In this document: piece after piece, positions 9,001 through 19,757 of the stretch
Position numbering within the stretch: position 1 is the first letter of the stretch
Layout: each line of letters begins with the position of its first letter
NCBI GenBank assembly: GCA_963723515.1
Contig: CAVRQT010000002.1
Location: 256,001 to 320,000 of the forward strand
DNA length: 64,000 nucleotides
From: Vulcanimicrobiota bacterium
GTDB lineage: Bacteria; Vulcanimicrobiota; Vulcanimicrobiia; Vulcanimicrobiales; Vulcanimicrobiaceae
Direction: 5' to 3'
Position numbers and translations under genes: made by a program
Notes under the pieces: generated by a model
The model's database searches: none
The model's input: only the letters and a program-made list of their open reading frames with translations
What the model was told of the DNA's origin: nothing

Positions 9001-10149
9001 CTATTGGACGGCGCCGGCTTTGAGCACCGCCTGAGGTTCGCGCAGCGTCCGGATGTCTTCACCGACATCGCGCCGCAGCAAGAGCATATCCGCCGGCTCA
9101 CCCGGGGCCAAGACGCCTCGATGGAGTCCAATGAGTTCAGCGGCCACGTTCGTCGCCGCATGCAGCGCCTGCTGCGGCGTCATTCCGAGCAGCGTGCACA
9201 TCAGCTCGACTTCTTGCGCGTAATTCTCATGGTAATTGTAGGGCGTCCCCGCGTCGGATCCGCCGGCGATCCGTACCCCGTTTTCATACGCCCGGCGAAC
9301 GTTGGTTAACATCGCTTCATTGACTCGCTGCCCCTTATCGATCACGTATTGGGGCTGCTCGCCGTCTTCAAGGTGCGCGAGAATGCAGGTCGGAGCGCTC
9401 AAGGTCGGCACAAGAGCGACATTGCGTTCTTTGAACAACTTGATGCATTCGTCATCGAGCATGTGTCCGTGCTCGATCGAGTCGATGCCGCAGCGAAGCG
9501 CATTCTTGATCCCTTGCGTGCCGATCGCGTGTGCAGCGACGCGCAGCTCTTGCCGATGGGCTTCATCGATTGCCGCCTCGAGTTCATCGGGTGTTAACTG
9601 CGCGTTGCCCGGCACGGCGCCTTTCGTCAAGACGCCGCCCGTGGCGATCAGTTTGATGCAGTCCGCGCCGGCAAACATTTGCTCGCGCACCGCTTTACGC
9701 GCATCCCACGGCGAATCGACGGCGCGTCCGACCGGCCATCCGTGGCCGCCTGTCATGCACAGAACCGCAGCTGCAGCGCGCATACGCGGTCCCGGGATTC
9801 GCTCTTCTTCGATCGCGTCGCGCACGTCGGGAGCGATATGGTTGGAGCTACCGACGTCGCGGATTGTCGTGATGCCGGCCTTGACCGACTTGCGCGCGTT
9901 TTCAACGGCGCGCAGCAGCCGCTGATTCGCCGTTGTGGCTTGGATTTCGCCCATCGTATCGGGCTCGCCGCTCATTTCGAGATGCGCGTGCGCATTGACC
10001 AGACCCGGCGTGATGCACGCCGCTTCCAGCTCGCACGAACCGCTCGCTGCGCGAATTTCCGAAACGCGCCCGTCGGCGATAACGATATCAACATTCCGTT
10101 TGGGCGGCTCAAGCGTCCCATCGTAGAATGCGCCGGCTCGAACGATCAT
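9001..10149 (-). CDS. Metal-dependent amidohydrolase (Xaa-Pro dipeptidase-like)
   Basis: PGLVNAHAH, GITTIRDVG, TGGHG, IKLIATGG, AAHA, SIEHG, GSDAG. Confidence 0.92.
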   Translation of the reverse strand: MIVRAGAFYDGTLEPPKRNVDIVIADGRVSEIRAASGSCELEAACITPGLVNAHAHLEMSGEPDTMGEIQATTANQRLLRAVENARKSVKAGITTIRDVGSSNHIAPDVRDAIEEERIPGPRMRAAAAVLCMTGGHGWPVGRAVDSPWDARKAVREQMFAGADCIKLIATGGVLTKGAVPGNAQLTPDELEAAIDEAHRQELRVAAHAIGTQGIKNALRCGIDSIEHGHMLDDECIKLFKERNVALVPTLSAPTCILAHLEDGEQPQYVIDKGQRVNEAMLTNVRRAYENGVRIAGGSDAGTPYNYHENYAQEVELMCTLLGMTPQQALHAATNVAAELIGLHRGVLAPGEPADMLLLRRDVGEDIRTLREPQAVLKAGAVQ

Positions 10150-10220
10150 AAGAGCCCTATTTTGCCTAAGCTGCAGGGCTCATGCAGCAGCCGACATGAT
10201 GCAGCTTGAAAGAGCGCGCC

Positions 10221-11048
10221 ATGGCGACACAACGTGAAAAGGCAACTTCGCTGCGAAACCTGCACCGGCGCGGCGAGCCGCTTCTCCTGATCAACGTCTG
10301 GGACGCCGTGAGCGCTCGAATCATCGAGCAGCTCGGATTTCCTGCGATCGCGACAACGAGCGCCGGCATCGCGTGGCGTGAGGGCTTTGCCGACGGCGAG
10401 CGCATTCCGCGTCAGCGCATGCTCGACGCGGTGGCATCCATCACCGCCGCGGTCGGCGTTGCCGTCACCGCAGACCTAGAGGCCGCGTATGGACCTACCG
10501 TCGATGATGCGATCCAGACGGCCAAAGGCGCGATCGCAGCCGGCGCGGTCGGCTTGAATTTTGAAGATTGGGATGCGCAGCACGAGCGGTTAATGGATGC
10601 TGACGCGCAAATCGCGCGCATCGCCGCAATGCGCAAAGCAGGTGATGAGGCGGACGTACCGTTGGTCATCAACGCTCGCACCGACGTATTTCTGAAGAAG
10701 GCCGGCGACAGCGATGCGTGGCGCATTCAAGAATCGGTGCGGCGCGGAAATTCATATCTGGATGCCGGCGCGGACTGTGTCTTTGTGCCGGGCGTTACCG
10801 AAGAAGAAACAATTGCAACCCTGGCAGCGCAAATTCCCGGACCGATCAACGTCCTCGCGGCTCCGGGCATGCCGACTGTTGCACGCTTAAGCGCGCTCGG
10901 AGTTGCACGAATAAGCGTCGGCGGCGCGGCAATGGCCTCTGTCCTGGCGCAACTTGGCCGGTTAGCGAGCGACGTGAACGAAACCGGACGCTTCGAATTT
11001 ACTGCCGACCGCATTTCTCATGCAGACCTGAACGCGCTCTTCCCGTAG
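10221..11048 (+). CDS. Isocitrate lyase/PEP phosphomutase family protein
   Basis: NVWDAVSA, ATTSAG, ADLEAAYG, GLNFED, INARTD, AGADCVFVPG. Confidence 0.9.
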   Translation: MATQREKATSLRNLHRRGEPLLLINVWDAVSARIIEQLGFPAIATTSAGIAWREGFADGERIPRQRMLDAVASITAAVGVAVTADLEAAYGPTVDDAIQTAKGAIAAGAVGLNFEDWDAQHERLMDADAQIARIAAMRKAGDEADVPLVINARTDVFLKKAGDSDAWRIQESVRRGNSYLDAGADCVFVPGVTEEETIATLAAQIPGPINVLAAPGMPTVARLSALGVARISVGGAAMASVLAQLGRLASDVNETGRFEFTADRISHADLNALFP

Positions 11049-11051
11049 TAC

Positions 11052-11651
11052 TCACGCATTGTCAACGCGTATTAAGCCTTCGAAGCGGCGATCCGGCACG
11101 ATCCACATGATCGCAACCGCCACGATGAGCAGATCGGAGAGAAGCGTGGAAAACATCGCGCCGATGATCGCAATAACGTACAGCGCGATCGAGAGCATGC
11201 CTTTGATGTCAACGGCTACCGCCTTCGCAAAGGGCGAACCGCGCCCGTTAACGCCAACCAGCGCCCGCTGGAGCAGCGTATACGCAATGGCATCAAGCAA
11301 GAATATTAGGCCGTAAAGCACCGTTGGGCCGACGGCAGCGGGATTGCGCCCAAGCCACGCGGTGGAAAACGGCACCAGTGAAAGCCAGAATAGCAGATGC
11401 AGATTCGCCCACATCGCACGCCCGTCGATGCCGCGACTGGCGCGCAACATATGGTGGTGATTGTTCCAATAGATCGCGATGAAAACGAAGCTCACGGCAT
11501 AGGTCGCAAGCGTTGGCAGTACCGCCAAAAGCGACCGAAAATCCACGCCGACGGGAGCGCGCAATTCAAGCACCATGATCGTGATGATGACCGCGAGCAC
11601 GCCATCGCTAAATGATTCGAGCCGGTTCGATTCGGTGAGAAATCTCTTCAT
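11052..11651 (-). CDS. TMEM175/DUF1211 family K+ channel-like membrane protein
   Basis: RLESFSDGVLAVIITIMVLE, YWNNHH, LVPFST. Confidence 0.92.
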   Translation of the reverse strand: MKRFLTESNRLESFSDGVLAVIITIMVLELRAPVGVDFRSLLAVLPTLATYAVSFVFIAIYWNNHHHMLRASRGIDGRAMWANLHLLFWLSLVPFSTAWLGRNPAAVGPTVLYGLIFLLDAIAYTLLQRALVGVNGRGSPFAKAVAVDIKGMLSIALYVIAIIGAMFSTLLSDLLIVAVAIMWIVPDRRFEGLIRVDNA

Positions 11652-11734
11652 TCGGCGCTATTTGAAGCGCCCGGTGGAAAACACTGCGCACGGCTCGAAA
11701 CACCGCTGCTTCGAGATGTAGGGAGAGCGAAATC

Positions 11735-12694
11735 TTGAGCCTTCATGATGCTGCGGCAAGCCGCTGGTTGTGGCAAGATATCGACGTTTCGCATTGGAGC
11801 GAAACGAAGCGCAGCTTGCATCTGTACTCGCAGATGCTCGGCAAGATCAAATTGGCCGCCGCGCCGATTCAGCCGAACTGGATCTTTACCGCGCTCTATC
11901 TGACGCCGCGTGGGCTGACGACCGGAACGATTCCCTGGCACGGGATGTCGTTCGACGTCGTCATCGATGTTTTTGAATCGTCCATCGTGCTCTCGCGCAG
12001 CGACGGCGCTCGCAAGAGCGTTCCTTTGATTCCGGTTCGTACCGTCGCAGAGGTATACGCGGCGCTCAGCGCCGCGTTGGCCGCGTTGGACATCAACATT
12101 ACGATAAGCACGATACCGCAAGAAATCCCGGATACAACGCCGCTCGATCAAGACCGGCGCCCCAGCGAATACGACGCGTCTGCAGTAATGCGTTGGTTTG
12201 GCGCATCGACCGCGATCTCGGGCGTCTTTGATGCCTGGCGAACGCGCTTCTTTGGTCGGGAGGGACTGCAGCTTTGGTGGGGAGCCTTCGACCTCGCTTT
12301 GCTCCTCTTCAGCGGTCGTCACGTCAAGCCGCCCGCCGATCGCGGTTACCTTATGAAATACGATCTGGATGCGGAGTTGATGAACGTCGGCCTCTACTAC
12401 GGTGATGCGCAAACACGCCCGTTTTTCTACGGCTACATCTACCCTGAGCCAAGAGGCGCAGCATCACTGCAGATCGCGCCGTCCGAGGCGTCGTGGTCGG
12501 AAACGTTGCACGAATGGGTGCTGCCGTACGAGGCGGTTCGAACTTCCTCGGACCCTGCAGCAACCGTACGGACGTTTATCGACGCGATTTACGAGCAGTG
12601 CTTCACCGCGGCGGGCTGGTCGCGCGAGGCGTTCGCTTATCATCCGCCGCCGCTGGCAGTACGCTCGCGCGCAAGCGACACTCAGATTTCATAG
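11735..12694 (+). CDS. DUF5996 family protein
   Basis: LHLYSQMLGKIKL, LYLTPRGLTTG, WWGAFDLA, FYGYIYPEP, EWVLPYEAVR. Confidence 0.8.
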   Translation: MSLHDAAASRWLWQDIDVSHWSETKRSLHLYSQMLGKIKLAAAPIQPNWIFTALYLTPRGLTTGTIPWHGMSFDVVIDVFESSIVLSRSDGARKSVPLIPVRTVAEVYAALSAALAALDINITISTIPQEIPDTTPLDQDRRPSEYDASAVMRWFGASTAISGVFDAWRTRFFGREGLQLWWGAFDLALLLFSGRHVKPPADRGYLMKYDLDAELMNVGLYYGDAQTRPFFYGYIYPEPRGAASLQIAPSEASWSETLHEWVLPYEAVRTSSDPAATVRTFIDAIYEQCFTAAGWSREAFAYHPPPLAVRSRASDTQIS

Positions 12695-12697
12695 CGA

Positions 12698-14026
12698 GTG
12701 GATGCTGACGTTGTCGTCGTAGGCGCCGGCGCCGCCGGGTTGGCGGCGGCGCACAAATTAGCGAAAAAGAAGTCGCGCGTGCTTCTCTTGGAAGCGCGAG
12801 ATCGAGTTGGGGGTCGCGTTTGGTCATGCCCAACGTCGCCCGACGGCCCGCGCGTAGAGTTGGGCGCGGAATTCATTCACGGAGACGCGACCGATACGAT
12901 GGCGGTGCTGCGCGATGCCGGCGTTCAAGCACTCGCCACCGCCGGCGATGCGTGGTTGTGTTCGAGCAGCGGCGAGCTGCAGCGCGACGATGAGACCGAC
13001 TTCTTCTCGTCGGCTGCAATCTTCGAAGACGCCTTATCGCTCCCGCAAGACGAAACGATCGATAAATTCTTGCAACGCTTTGCGCATGATCCGGCGATGC
13101 GCGAAAAAATGGCCACGGCACGCGCCTTTGCGGAAGGCTTCGATGCAGCTGACCCAAGTATTGCAAGCGCGCAGGCGATCGCGGATGAGTGGTGCTCCGG
13201 AGTGGACTTCACGAGCCGGCGACCCGTCGGCGGATATCACCGGATGTTCGAATGTCTGCGCAGCGCTTGTCTTCAGGCGGGCGTCGAACTCTTTGAATCC
13301 ACGGCCGCTGAACGGATCACTTGGCGCCGTGGCGACGTAACGGTTCATGCAACGATGTCCAATGGTCGATCGCGCGATTTTGCTGCCCAAACCGCCGTCA
13401 TCACGTTGCCGGCCGGCGTGCTAAAGCAACGCGGCGGTGAAGGCGACGTCATTTTCGAGCCGGAGCTGCCGGCAGAAAAACGCGATGCGTTACGATACAT
13501 CGAAATGGGCGAGGTTCGTAAGGTCACGCTTTGGTTTGAAACGCCTTTCTGGGAGCGCCTTCGCGCTGGACGATATCGTGACGCGGGTTTTTTCCGCTGC
13601 GAGGACGACGCATTTGCGGTCTACTGGGCGCAGCTGCCGTTGCGCACGACGCTGATCACCGCGTGGGCCGGCGGTCCCAAAGCCGTTGCGCTGAGAGACG
13701 TTTCGAATCAGGACGTCATCGATCGAGCACTCTTCGGCTTTGGGAATCTCTTCCACGAAGCGCCTCTAGCGAAGGAGCAGTTCAAAGGCGGTTTCACACA
13801 CGATTGGGCTCATGATGGTTATGCACGGGGCGCTTATACCTATATCGCCGTCGGCGGGCGGAAGGCGCGCGCGACGCTAGCGGCGCCGATCGCCGAGACG
13901 TTGTTTTTCGCAGGCGAAGCAACCGCAGGCGATGGCCAGGGCGGAACGGTCAGCGGAGCACTCAACACCGGCGAACGCGCAGCACAAGAGGCCGCGGCTG
14001 CGCTTGCAAAAAAGCGCGCTAGATGA
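12698..14026 (+). CDS. Flavin monoamine oxidase family FAD oxidoreductase
   Basis: VGAGAAGLAAA, LEARDRVGGR, ELGAEFIHG, GAYTY, FFAGEAT, GTVSGALNTG. Confidence 0.92.
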   Translation: MDADVVVVGAGAAGLAAAHKLAKKKSRVLLLEARDRVGGRVWSCPTSPDGPRVELGAEFIHGDATDTMAVLRDAGVQALATAGDAWLCSSSGELQRDDETDFFSSAAIFEDALSLPQDETIDKFLQRFAHDPAMREKMATARAFAEGFDAADPSIASAQAIADEWCSGVDFTSRRPVGGYHRMFECLRSACLQAGVELFESTAAERITWRRGDVTVHATMSNGRSRDFAAQTAVITLPAGVLKQRGGEGDVIFEPELPAEKRDALRYIEMGEVRKVTLWFETPFWERLRAGRYRDAGFFRCEDDAFAVYWAQLPLRTTLITAWAGGPKAVALRDVSNQDVIDRALFGFGNLFHEAPLAKEQFKGGFTHDWAHDGYARGAYTYIAVGGRKARATLAAPIAETLFFAGEATAGDGQGGTVSGALNTGERAAQEAAAALAKKRAR

Positions 14027-14564
14027 AATCCGCGTTGGCCGCTTGGTCGACGTTCTATGTCATGCTCGGCTCTGCGGCCGCGTCTTTAACCGGATTGACG
14101 TTCGTTGTGATTACGCTGGCCACAAGCTTGGAGCGATCGCCTCCGGCAGAGGAAGGGATCGCGGTATTTACGACGCCGACCGTTTTGCACTTCGGCACCG
14201 CATTGCTGATGGCAGCGCTCCTGAGCGTACCATGGCACTCGCTTGTTGCTCCAGCGTTTATGCGTCGCAGGCGTCGGTCTCGCCGGCCTCGCTTACATCT
14301 TTTTCGTGATGTACCGCACGAAGAGGCTGAGTGCATACTCGCCGGATCTCTCGGATTGGGTTTGGTACTCCATCGCGCCGTTGGTCGCGTACGCCGCGAT
14401 CTTGGCCGGTGGCATTCTGCTGCCGTCCGCTTCCTAAGAAGGCGATGTTCTCAATTGCGGGAGGCGCGTTGCTCTTGATCTTCGTCGGCATCCGCAACTC
14501 GTGGGACATCGTGACGTTTCTCGCCGTTCGAAATCTGCACGCCTCACCGGACGAAAAGAACTAG
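14023..14564 (+). CDS. Membrane protein with two apparent frameshifts (~14258, ~14433)
   Basis: WSTFYVMLGSAAASLTGLTFVV, then DWVWYSIAPLVAY, then IFVGIRNSWDIVTF lie in three successive frames. Confidence 0.75.
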
Positions 14565-14625
14565 TCTTAATGAATTAGTTGACAGTCGCGTTCGAGAGCC
14601 GCTATATTCTCTTAAAGAATTAGTT
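14565..14625 (+). promoter_or_regulatory. Promoter flanked by a 16-bp direct repeat (putative operator pair)
   Basis: TCTTAA(T/A)GAATTAGTT at 14565-14580 and 14610-14625; TTGACA 14579-14584 and TATATT 14603-14608. Confidence 0.6.
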
Positions 14626-14682
14626 ACTGTGAGCGAGGCGACTTCCGTGAACCTGATCGGCGGCTTGCGTAGTACAAGGGGC

Positions 14683-16893
14683 GTGAAATACTCGGTCCTC
14701 AGCGTCTGCCTGACGATGCTTTGGGTTGCATCGGTGCAAGCGCAAACGATAGCGACCTCGACGCCGCTTTCGGTCCCCAAAGGCGCGCCGGCGTCGCTCG
14801 ATCCGACCGCATCCGCCGCTTCGGCGTGGTCAGCCGCGGCGACAGTGACGCTGCCGTGGGACGCGAGCAATCAGCGCGCCGCAAGCGAACCGACAACGGC
14901 CTACATCGAAACCGACGGCAAGTTCATCTACGTTCGCTTTGACGTTAAACAGCGCGAGACGCTGCTCTCGCAGCAACATACGAACAACGTCGGCGACGGA
15001 ACGGACGACGAGGTTTGGGTCGACCTCTGGCCGACCGGTAATAACGGCTTCTACTACCAATTCGCAGCCACGTCCAACGGCACGCACTACCAATACTCGT
15101 CCGAGAACTCGATCTACCAGCCAAATTGGGATTCTTTCGGCGCGCCGAACGGCGGCGGGTTCACGGTCACGATGAAGATCCCGCTCGAAGTGATGCGTGG
15201 CGTCGGCTCCGGACGGTGGAAGGCGCAGTTCGTGCGTGTCATCCGCTCGACCGGCGAATACCAGGTGTGGTCCTACGATCGCGGTGAGACCAATCAAGGC
15301 GTCGACAACGTTCGTTTTGCCGGCGCACTCAACGGCTTACTTTCCGTCAGCGCGCGTCCTAAACCACGCCTCGGGGTGTACGGGCTTGGCGAAGTCGGTT
15401 CGCCGGCCTCGGGCCTCTCAACATCGCGCATGGGCGCCGACATTTCGATCCCGATTACCTCGACCGCATCGTTCTATTCAACGCTGCATCCGGATTTCTC
15501 AAACGTCGAAGTCGATCAGCAGACGATCGCGCCGACAGCCTACCAGCGCTTCTTTACTGAAGTGCGCCCCTTTTTCACCCAAGGCAACGCCTACTACAAC
15601 AATTTCGATTGCAACGCGTGTCCCGGCATCAGCGAACTGTACACTCCGGGCATTCCGACGCCACGCGCCGGGTATGCGTTCGAAGGAAAACAAGGGCCAT
15701 TCTCGTTAGCCGCGTTCGATGCTATCGGCGTCGGGCGTTCGGACGCCGCTCAGGCCTTTGGAGCGATTACGAACAACCATCTGTTGCGCTTCAATATCCA
15801 GCGCGTGGCCGCGGACTGCAACCTTGCAGCCAGCAACGGATGCCAAAACGGCCAACCGACGGTGCACGACGACAACGTGCTGAGTCAGCTTGAATACTAC
15901 GATGGAAAGCACGTAGACGCATATCTTGATTACGGAAGTGATTCCGGCAGCAACGTCCTGGCCGGCAATCGCGCGCAGCGGTACGAAGCCGCAACGTATC
16001 TCTTCAACAACACCTTCGGTTTTGCGTTCGCGGCTCGCAAAATCGGACAGTATTACAACCCTGCGGATGGACTCGTGCAGCATCCGGACATTGCCGGTTA
16101 CGCGACGTTCGCGGCGAAGATCTGGTTATTCGGTGAGCGGAGCCCGCTGAACAGCGTTGGAGTCTCGGGATTTCTGGATCGCTACCACGATCATACGGGC
16201 GCCCTCGATCAAACCGACAACAGCATTTTGCTCGACGTCCTGACCAAAAACCGTCTCGATGTGCAAGCCTCGATCGGTTCCAGTTACCTGCTGCAGAATT
16301 TCAGTTGCACCGGCGCGGCCTGCGTCTTCACGCCGATCTCGCAAAACGGCATTGGCGTTACCTGGCACGCCGGAACGCTGAACTCGCCAGGAAATTTTCC
16401 CAATCACGGCAGCTCATCGACCCCCACGACGATTACATTTAATACCGGCCGCTTTGGCCCGGGCAAGCTTGATTCGTGGACCCGCAGCTCGACGATTCGA
16501 TTCGGTAATCGCGGCTCGATCTTGCTCGAAGCCGATGATACGCGCCAATATCTCGATTCCGGCGGAGTCAACATCCAGTGGCTCGAGCGCCTCGGTTACA
16601 ATCTCGCGACCGGACCGAATTCTTCGCTGACGGTGGGCGTTCGACGCATCATCGGAACGCCGCCGCTCGTCTTTGCCGCCGCTCCGGTCAATTGCACGAC
16701 GGTCTACGTCGCGCCGCCGCCGGGTGCGGTGACTGCGCCATGTACCGGCGCGTGGAACCTCTCATTTGCCTACCACCGGCAGACGTTGCACGATGAGCTC
16801 TACTTCGCTTACGGCGACGCGAGCCTGCTCTCAACAACGCCGTCATTCATTCTAAAATTGATACACTATTACGGCGCCCCAAAAGGCACGTAG
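14683..16893 (+). CDS. CBM9-like sugar-binding domain + DUF5916-like outer-membrane/secreted protein
   Basis: Signal peptide; DGKFIYVRF, FTVTMKIP; TLHPDFSNVEVD and FFTEVRPFFTQG motifs; ORF track starts it at 14629. Confidence 0.75.
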   Translation: MKYSVLSVCLTMLWVASVQAQTIATSTPLSVPKGAPASLDPTASAASAWSAAATVTLPWDASNQRAASEPTTAYIETDGKFIYVRFDVKQRETLLSQQHTNNVGDGTDDEVWVDLWPTGNNGFYYQFAATSNGTHYQYSSENSIYQPNWDSFGAPNGGGFTVTMKIPLEVMRGVGSGRWKAQFVRVIRSTGEYQVWSYDRGETNQGVDNVRFAGALNGLLSVSARPKPRLGVYGLGEVGSPASGLSTSRMGADISIPITSTASFYSTLHPDFSNVEVDQQTIAPTAYQRFFTEVRPFFTQGNAYYNNFDCNACPGISELYTPGIPTPRAGYAFEGKQGPFSLAAFDAIGVGRSDAAQAFGAITNNHLLRFNIQRVAADCNLAASNGCQNGQPTVHDDNVLSQLEYYDGKHVDAYLDYGSDSGSNVLAGNRAQRYEAATYLFNNTFGFAFAARKIGQYYNPADGLVQHPDIAGYATFAAKIWLFGERSPLNSVGVSGFLDRYHDHTGALDQTDNSILLDVLTKNRLDVQASIGSSYLLQNFSCTGAACVFTPISQNGIGVTWHAGTLNSPGNFPNHGSSSTPTTITFNTGRFGPGKLDSWTRSSTIRFGNRGSILLEADDTRQYLDSGGVNIQWLERLGYNLATGPNSSLTVGVRRIIGTPPLVFAAAPVNCTTVYVAPPPGAVTAPCTGAWNLSFAYHRQTLHDELYFAYGDASLLSTTPSFILKLIHYYGAPKGT

Positions 16894-16930
16894 GCAGACA
16901 CAATTCCGGCGGCCCGACCGTTATACGGGT

Positions 16931-17689
16931 ATGATGCTCAGGATTTTTGGAATCGTGTTGGCAGGCATGGTCTTGTTTGCGGCGCCCGCGCAAGCCGATC
17001 AGAATGCATGGCGTCACCTCGTGTATAGCGTCGGCGTCAACGTCGCGACGCGAACGGATGTGTTGGTCTCGGGAAAGCCTGCCACCGTAGTGATGGGTAG
17101 TCCGAGCCAAGAGTCAGGGCAGATGAGCGGAACAAACAGTTCTACCGACAGCATGCTCTCGAAAGGCACGATGACGGTGGACATTATCGGGCTCACAGCG
17201 GATAACGCGCTCGCGATGCAGGTTTCTGAAGACACCGACAACCGCAAGGCGCCGCCGGTTCGCGTTGACGTCACCTCCGACGGCAAGGTGCGGGTTCCAG
17301 CGGATCAGACGCTCAATGTGAGCCAAGAGGAGCAGACGCTTTTACGAATGCTAGCGCGCAATTTCCTCACCGCGCAAGATGCCAGGGCGGGACATTGGAT
17401 TCAACACTTGTCGCTCACTTATGTGGACGTCGATGAGGCCTATCGCATAACCGACATCCAACCGAACGGTGATGTGACGATTGCGCTCGACCAAATGATG
17501 AAAGTGCCGGGCGCCCAGCACTCCGAGTCCAAATTCCATGGCACCATTATCTACAGCAGCAAGTATAAAGTGCCGCGGTCAGTATCGCTCGAGGGCATCT
17601 CGCGACGCGAAGGGATCGACCATGCGGAAACTGCGGATTCGAAGCTGAACTTAGATTTGCTGAGCGATTCCTTTCAGCCGCGCAGCTAA
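16931..17689 (+). CDS. Secreted hypothetical protein
   Basis: Signal peptide ending AQA; 252-aa ORF. Confidence 0.7.
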   Translation: MMLRIFGIVLAGMVLFAAPAQADQNAWRHLVYSVGVNVATRTDVLVSGKPATVVMGSPSQESGQMSGTNSSTDSMLSKGTMTVDIIGLTADNALAMQVSEDTDNRKAPPVRVDVTSDGKVRVPADQTLNVSQEEQTLLRMLARNFLTAQDARAGHWIQHLSLTYVDVDEAYRITDIQPNGDVTIALDQMMKVPGAQHSESKFHGTIIYSSKYKVPRSVSLEGISRREGIDHAETADSKLNLDLLSDSFQPRS

Positions 17690-17720
17690 CGCGTGATCAG
17701 CGTCGCCATCGGCGTTGTAT

Positions 17721-19391
17721 TCAAGGCGAGACGAGCGCCGCCCACGACCGCGCGCCGCTTTCGCGGCTCAGCGCAGCCGCTGAAAGCCGCTTGACAATCA
17801 CTTCGCTGGATTCGCTCCGCTCGCCGTCTTTATCGAATGCGGCCGAGACGATCGTTCGCGACTTAGCGTCAGCGAGACTAACCCGTAAGGGTCTGTAGTA
17901 GAGAAAACTCGTTGTAGTCGGCTGAGAGCCGTCCAACGTGTAGCGAATTCTTACTCCGTTCATCGGTTCGCTCAGTTGCACGTTTACCGTTGGCGAAGCG
18001 GTGAACGCCGCAGCACCCGAAACGTTGTGCTCGATCGAACGAAAGCGCGCTGCGCCTCCAACGACCTTGATAATCGGCGACGGCATGCGAAACGAATAGC
18101 CGTGTTCTTTCAACCAGTCCAACTGAGCCGGCAGGCGCGCTAAGAAACCGTCCCAACTCTTGCGGCGCGGTGCTGTCCATGCGATTTCGCTTAAGGCCAG
18201 CGCGCGCGGCAAAGTCATTTGAAATAAGCGCTCCGCCGAAGCGATTTTCTCCGTCCAAACGGCTCCCTCGACTCCCAGAATGTGCGAACGTTGCTCGGCG
18301 CTTAAGCCATCGGGTGTGGGATCGTACGAGTAAACCTGCTCGAGCGTCGCCATGTGCGGCGCGGCGGCCGGTTCCTGAAAGCCGGCGCCTTGATACGCAT
18401 TGAAGTAGAGCGGCCCATCGGGCACCATGACGACCTCGTGCCCCGCGGCGATTGCCTCAACGGCGCGGTGCTCGCCGTTCCACGATGTGATCACGGTGTC
18501 GCGAGAGATTCCGGAACCAAGTGCGTCATCCCAGGTGACCATCGTGCGCCCGTGCGACTGCAAGAATGCCTCAATGTGCAGCAGCACGTATCGTTGCGCC
18601 GCTGCCGGGGCCTCATCGCCGCCGACATGAATGTAGCGCGACGGAAAGAGTCGGATGACTTCCGCCAGGACGTTTTCAAGGAACGTGAGCGATGCCGGGC
18701 GGGGGCAAAAAACATTCTCAGCGCCGCAGCGTAGTTCGGGGTAAGCACGAAGTGCCGCGCTCGCATGCGCCGGCATCTCAATCTCCGGCATCACCGTTAC
18801 GTTTCGCGTTCGCGCATAGCGAACGACGTCGCCAACATCGCTCTGCGAGTAGAATGCACAAGATGTTGCACGGCATGACGTTGTTGCGGTCAAGGCGGGA
18901 TAGCGCTTCACTTCAAGACGCCAGGCTTGATCGTCGGTGAGATGCCAATGGAAGACGTTCAGCTTGTAGTGCGCCGCAAGATCGATGTAACGCTCGAGCA
19001 CGCTAACCGGAAAGAAATGCCGACTGACGTCGAGATGCAGGCCACGCCACCGATACATCGGCCGATCTCGTACGTCGACGTCGGTGCCTTGAGGTGAAAA
19101 CGCCAGCTGCTTGAGCGTCGTCAGCCCGTAGGCAAATCCGGCCGCGGAAGATGCGCGAATCGTTGCCTCGTCATTCCGGATTCGCAGCGAATACGCGTCG
19201 CGCGCCATCGCGGACCACACGAAACGAACTGCATGAACTCCAGCGGAACCCCGATTCAGCCCAATGGATCGGACATCCAGCGGTGCCGGGACGATCGATA
19301 ATGGGGGATCACGCAAAACGCGATGCGCATGATTGCATGCCGCAACGACCGCGAGCAGTAGCGCTGCAACAAGACGCGCTGCAGCGCGCAT
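17721..19391 (-). CDS. Beta-N-acetylhexosaminidase (GH20) lipoprotein with C-terminal chitobiase/FN3-associated domain
   Basis: Lipobox VAAC; RGLHLDVSRHF, FHWHLTDDQAWR, PEIEMPAH, HVGGDE, WTE; IRYTLDGSQP. Confidence 0.93.
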   Translation of the reverse strand: MRAAARLVAALLLAVVAACNHAHRVLRDPPLSIVPAPLDVRSIGLNRGSAGVHAVRFVWSAMARDAYSLRIRNDEATIRASSAAGFAYGLTTLKQLAFSPQGTDVDVRDRPMYRWRGLHLDVSRHFFPVSVLERYIDLAAHYKLNVFHWHLTDDQAWRLEVKRYPALTATTSCRATSCAFYSQSDVGDVVRYARTRNVTVMPEIEMPAHASAALRAYPELRCGAENVFCPRPASLTFLENVLAEVIRLFPSRYIHVGGDEAPAAAQRYVLLHIEAFLQSHGRTMVTWDDALGSGISRDTVITSWNGEHRAVEAIAAGHEVVMVPDGPLYFNAYQGAGFQEPAAAPHMATLEQVYSYDPTPDGLSAEQRSHILGVEGAVWTEKIASAERLFQMTLPRALALSEIAWTAPRRKSWDGFLARLPAQLDWLKEHGYSFRMPSPIIKVVGGAARFRSIEHNVSGAAAFTASPTVNVQLSEPMNGVRIRYTLDGSQPTTTSFLYYRPLRVSLADAKSRTIVSAAFDKDGERSESSEVIVKRLSAAALSRESGARSWAALVSP

Positions 19392-19476
19392 CTTATGCCG
19401 GTGTCTTGCGGCGGCGCGGACACTCACGCCGAAAACATTGCCGCAGCGTATATTCGCCCGACTCAAGACGATACGC

Positions 19477-19704
19477 ATGACATCCGCAACGGAACCAGAG
19501 GTAATGATCCTCGCTGACCGCGACCGTCTGGCCGCGCAGATTGCGGGAAACGAACGGCTCGCGGCGCGTCGGCGCGCCCAACGTCCCGATCAGCTCATCC
19601 ATCGAAGGCATGGTGGGATTTTACCACTTGGACGGCTGGATGGCGCACGGGGGTCTGAGGCATTTACGCGGGCATTGGCAAGCGCGCTGACCTCGACAAA
19701 GTAA
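19477..19704 (+). CDS. Small hypothetical protein
   Basis: 75-aa ORF ending exactly at a terminator hairpin. Confidence 0.4.
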   Translation: MTSATEPEVMILADRDRLAAQIAGNERLAARRRAQRPDQLIHRRHGGILPLGRLDGARGSEAFTRALASALTSTK

Positions 19705-19736
19705 GAAAGCATCCGCGCGGGATGCTTTCTACTTTC
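19698..19736. terminator. Bidirectional intrinsic terminator between convergent genes
   Basis: AGAAAGCATCC-GCGCG-GGATGCTTTCT (19704-19730) with A/T-rich flanks. Confidence 0.8.
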
Positions 19737-19757
19737 GGGGCGAGCTAGTGCGGAGTC

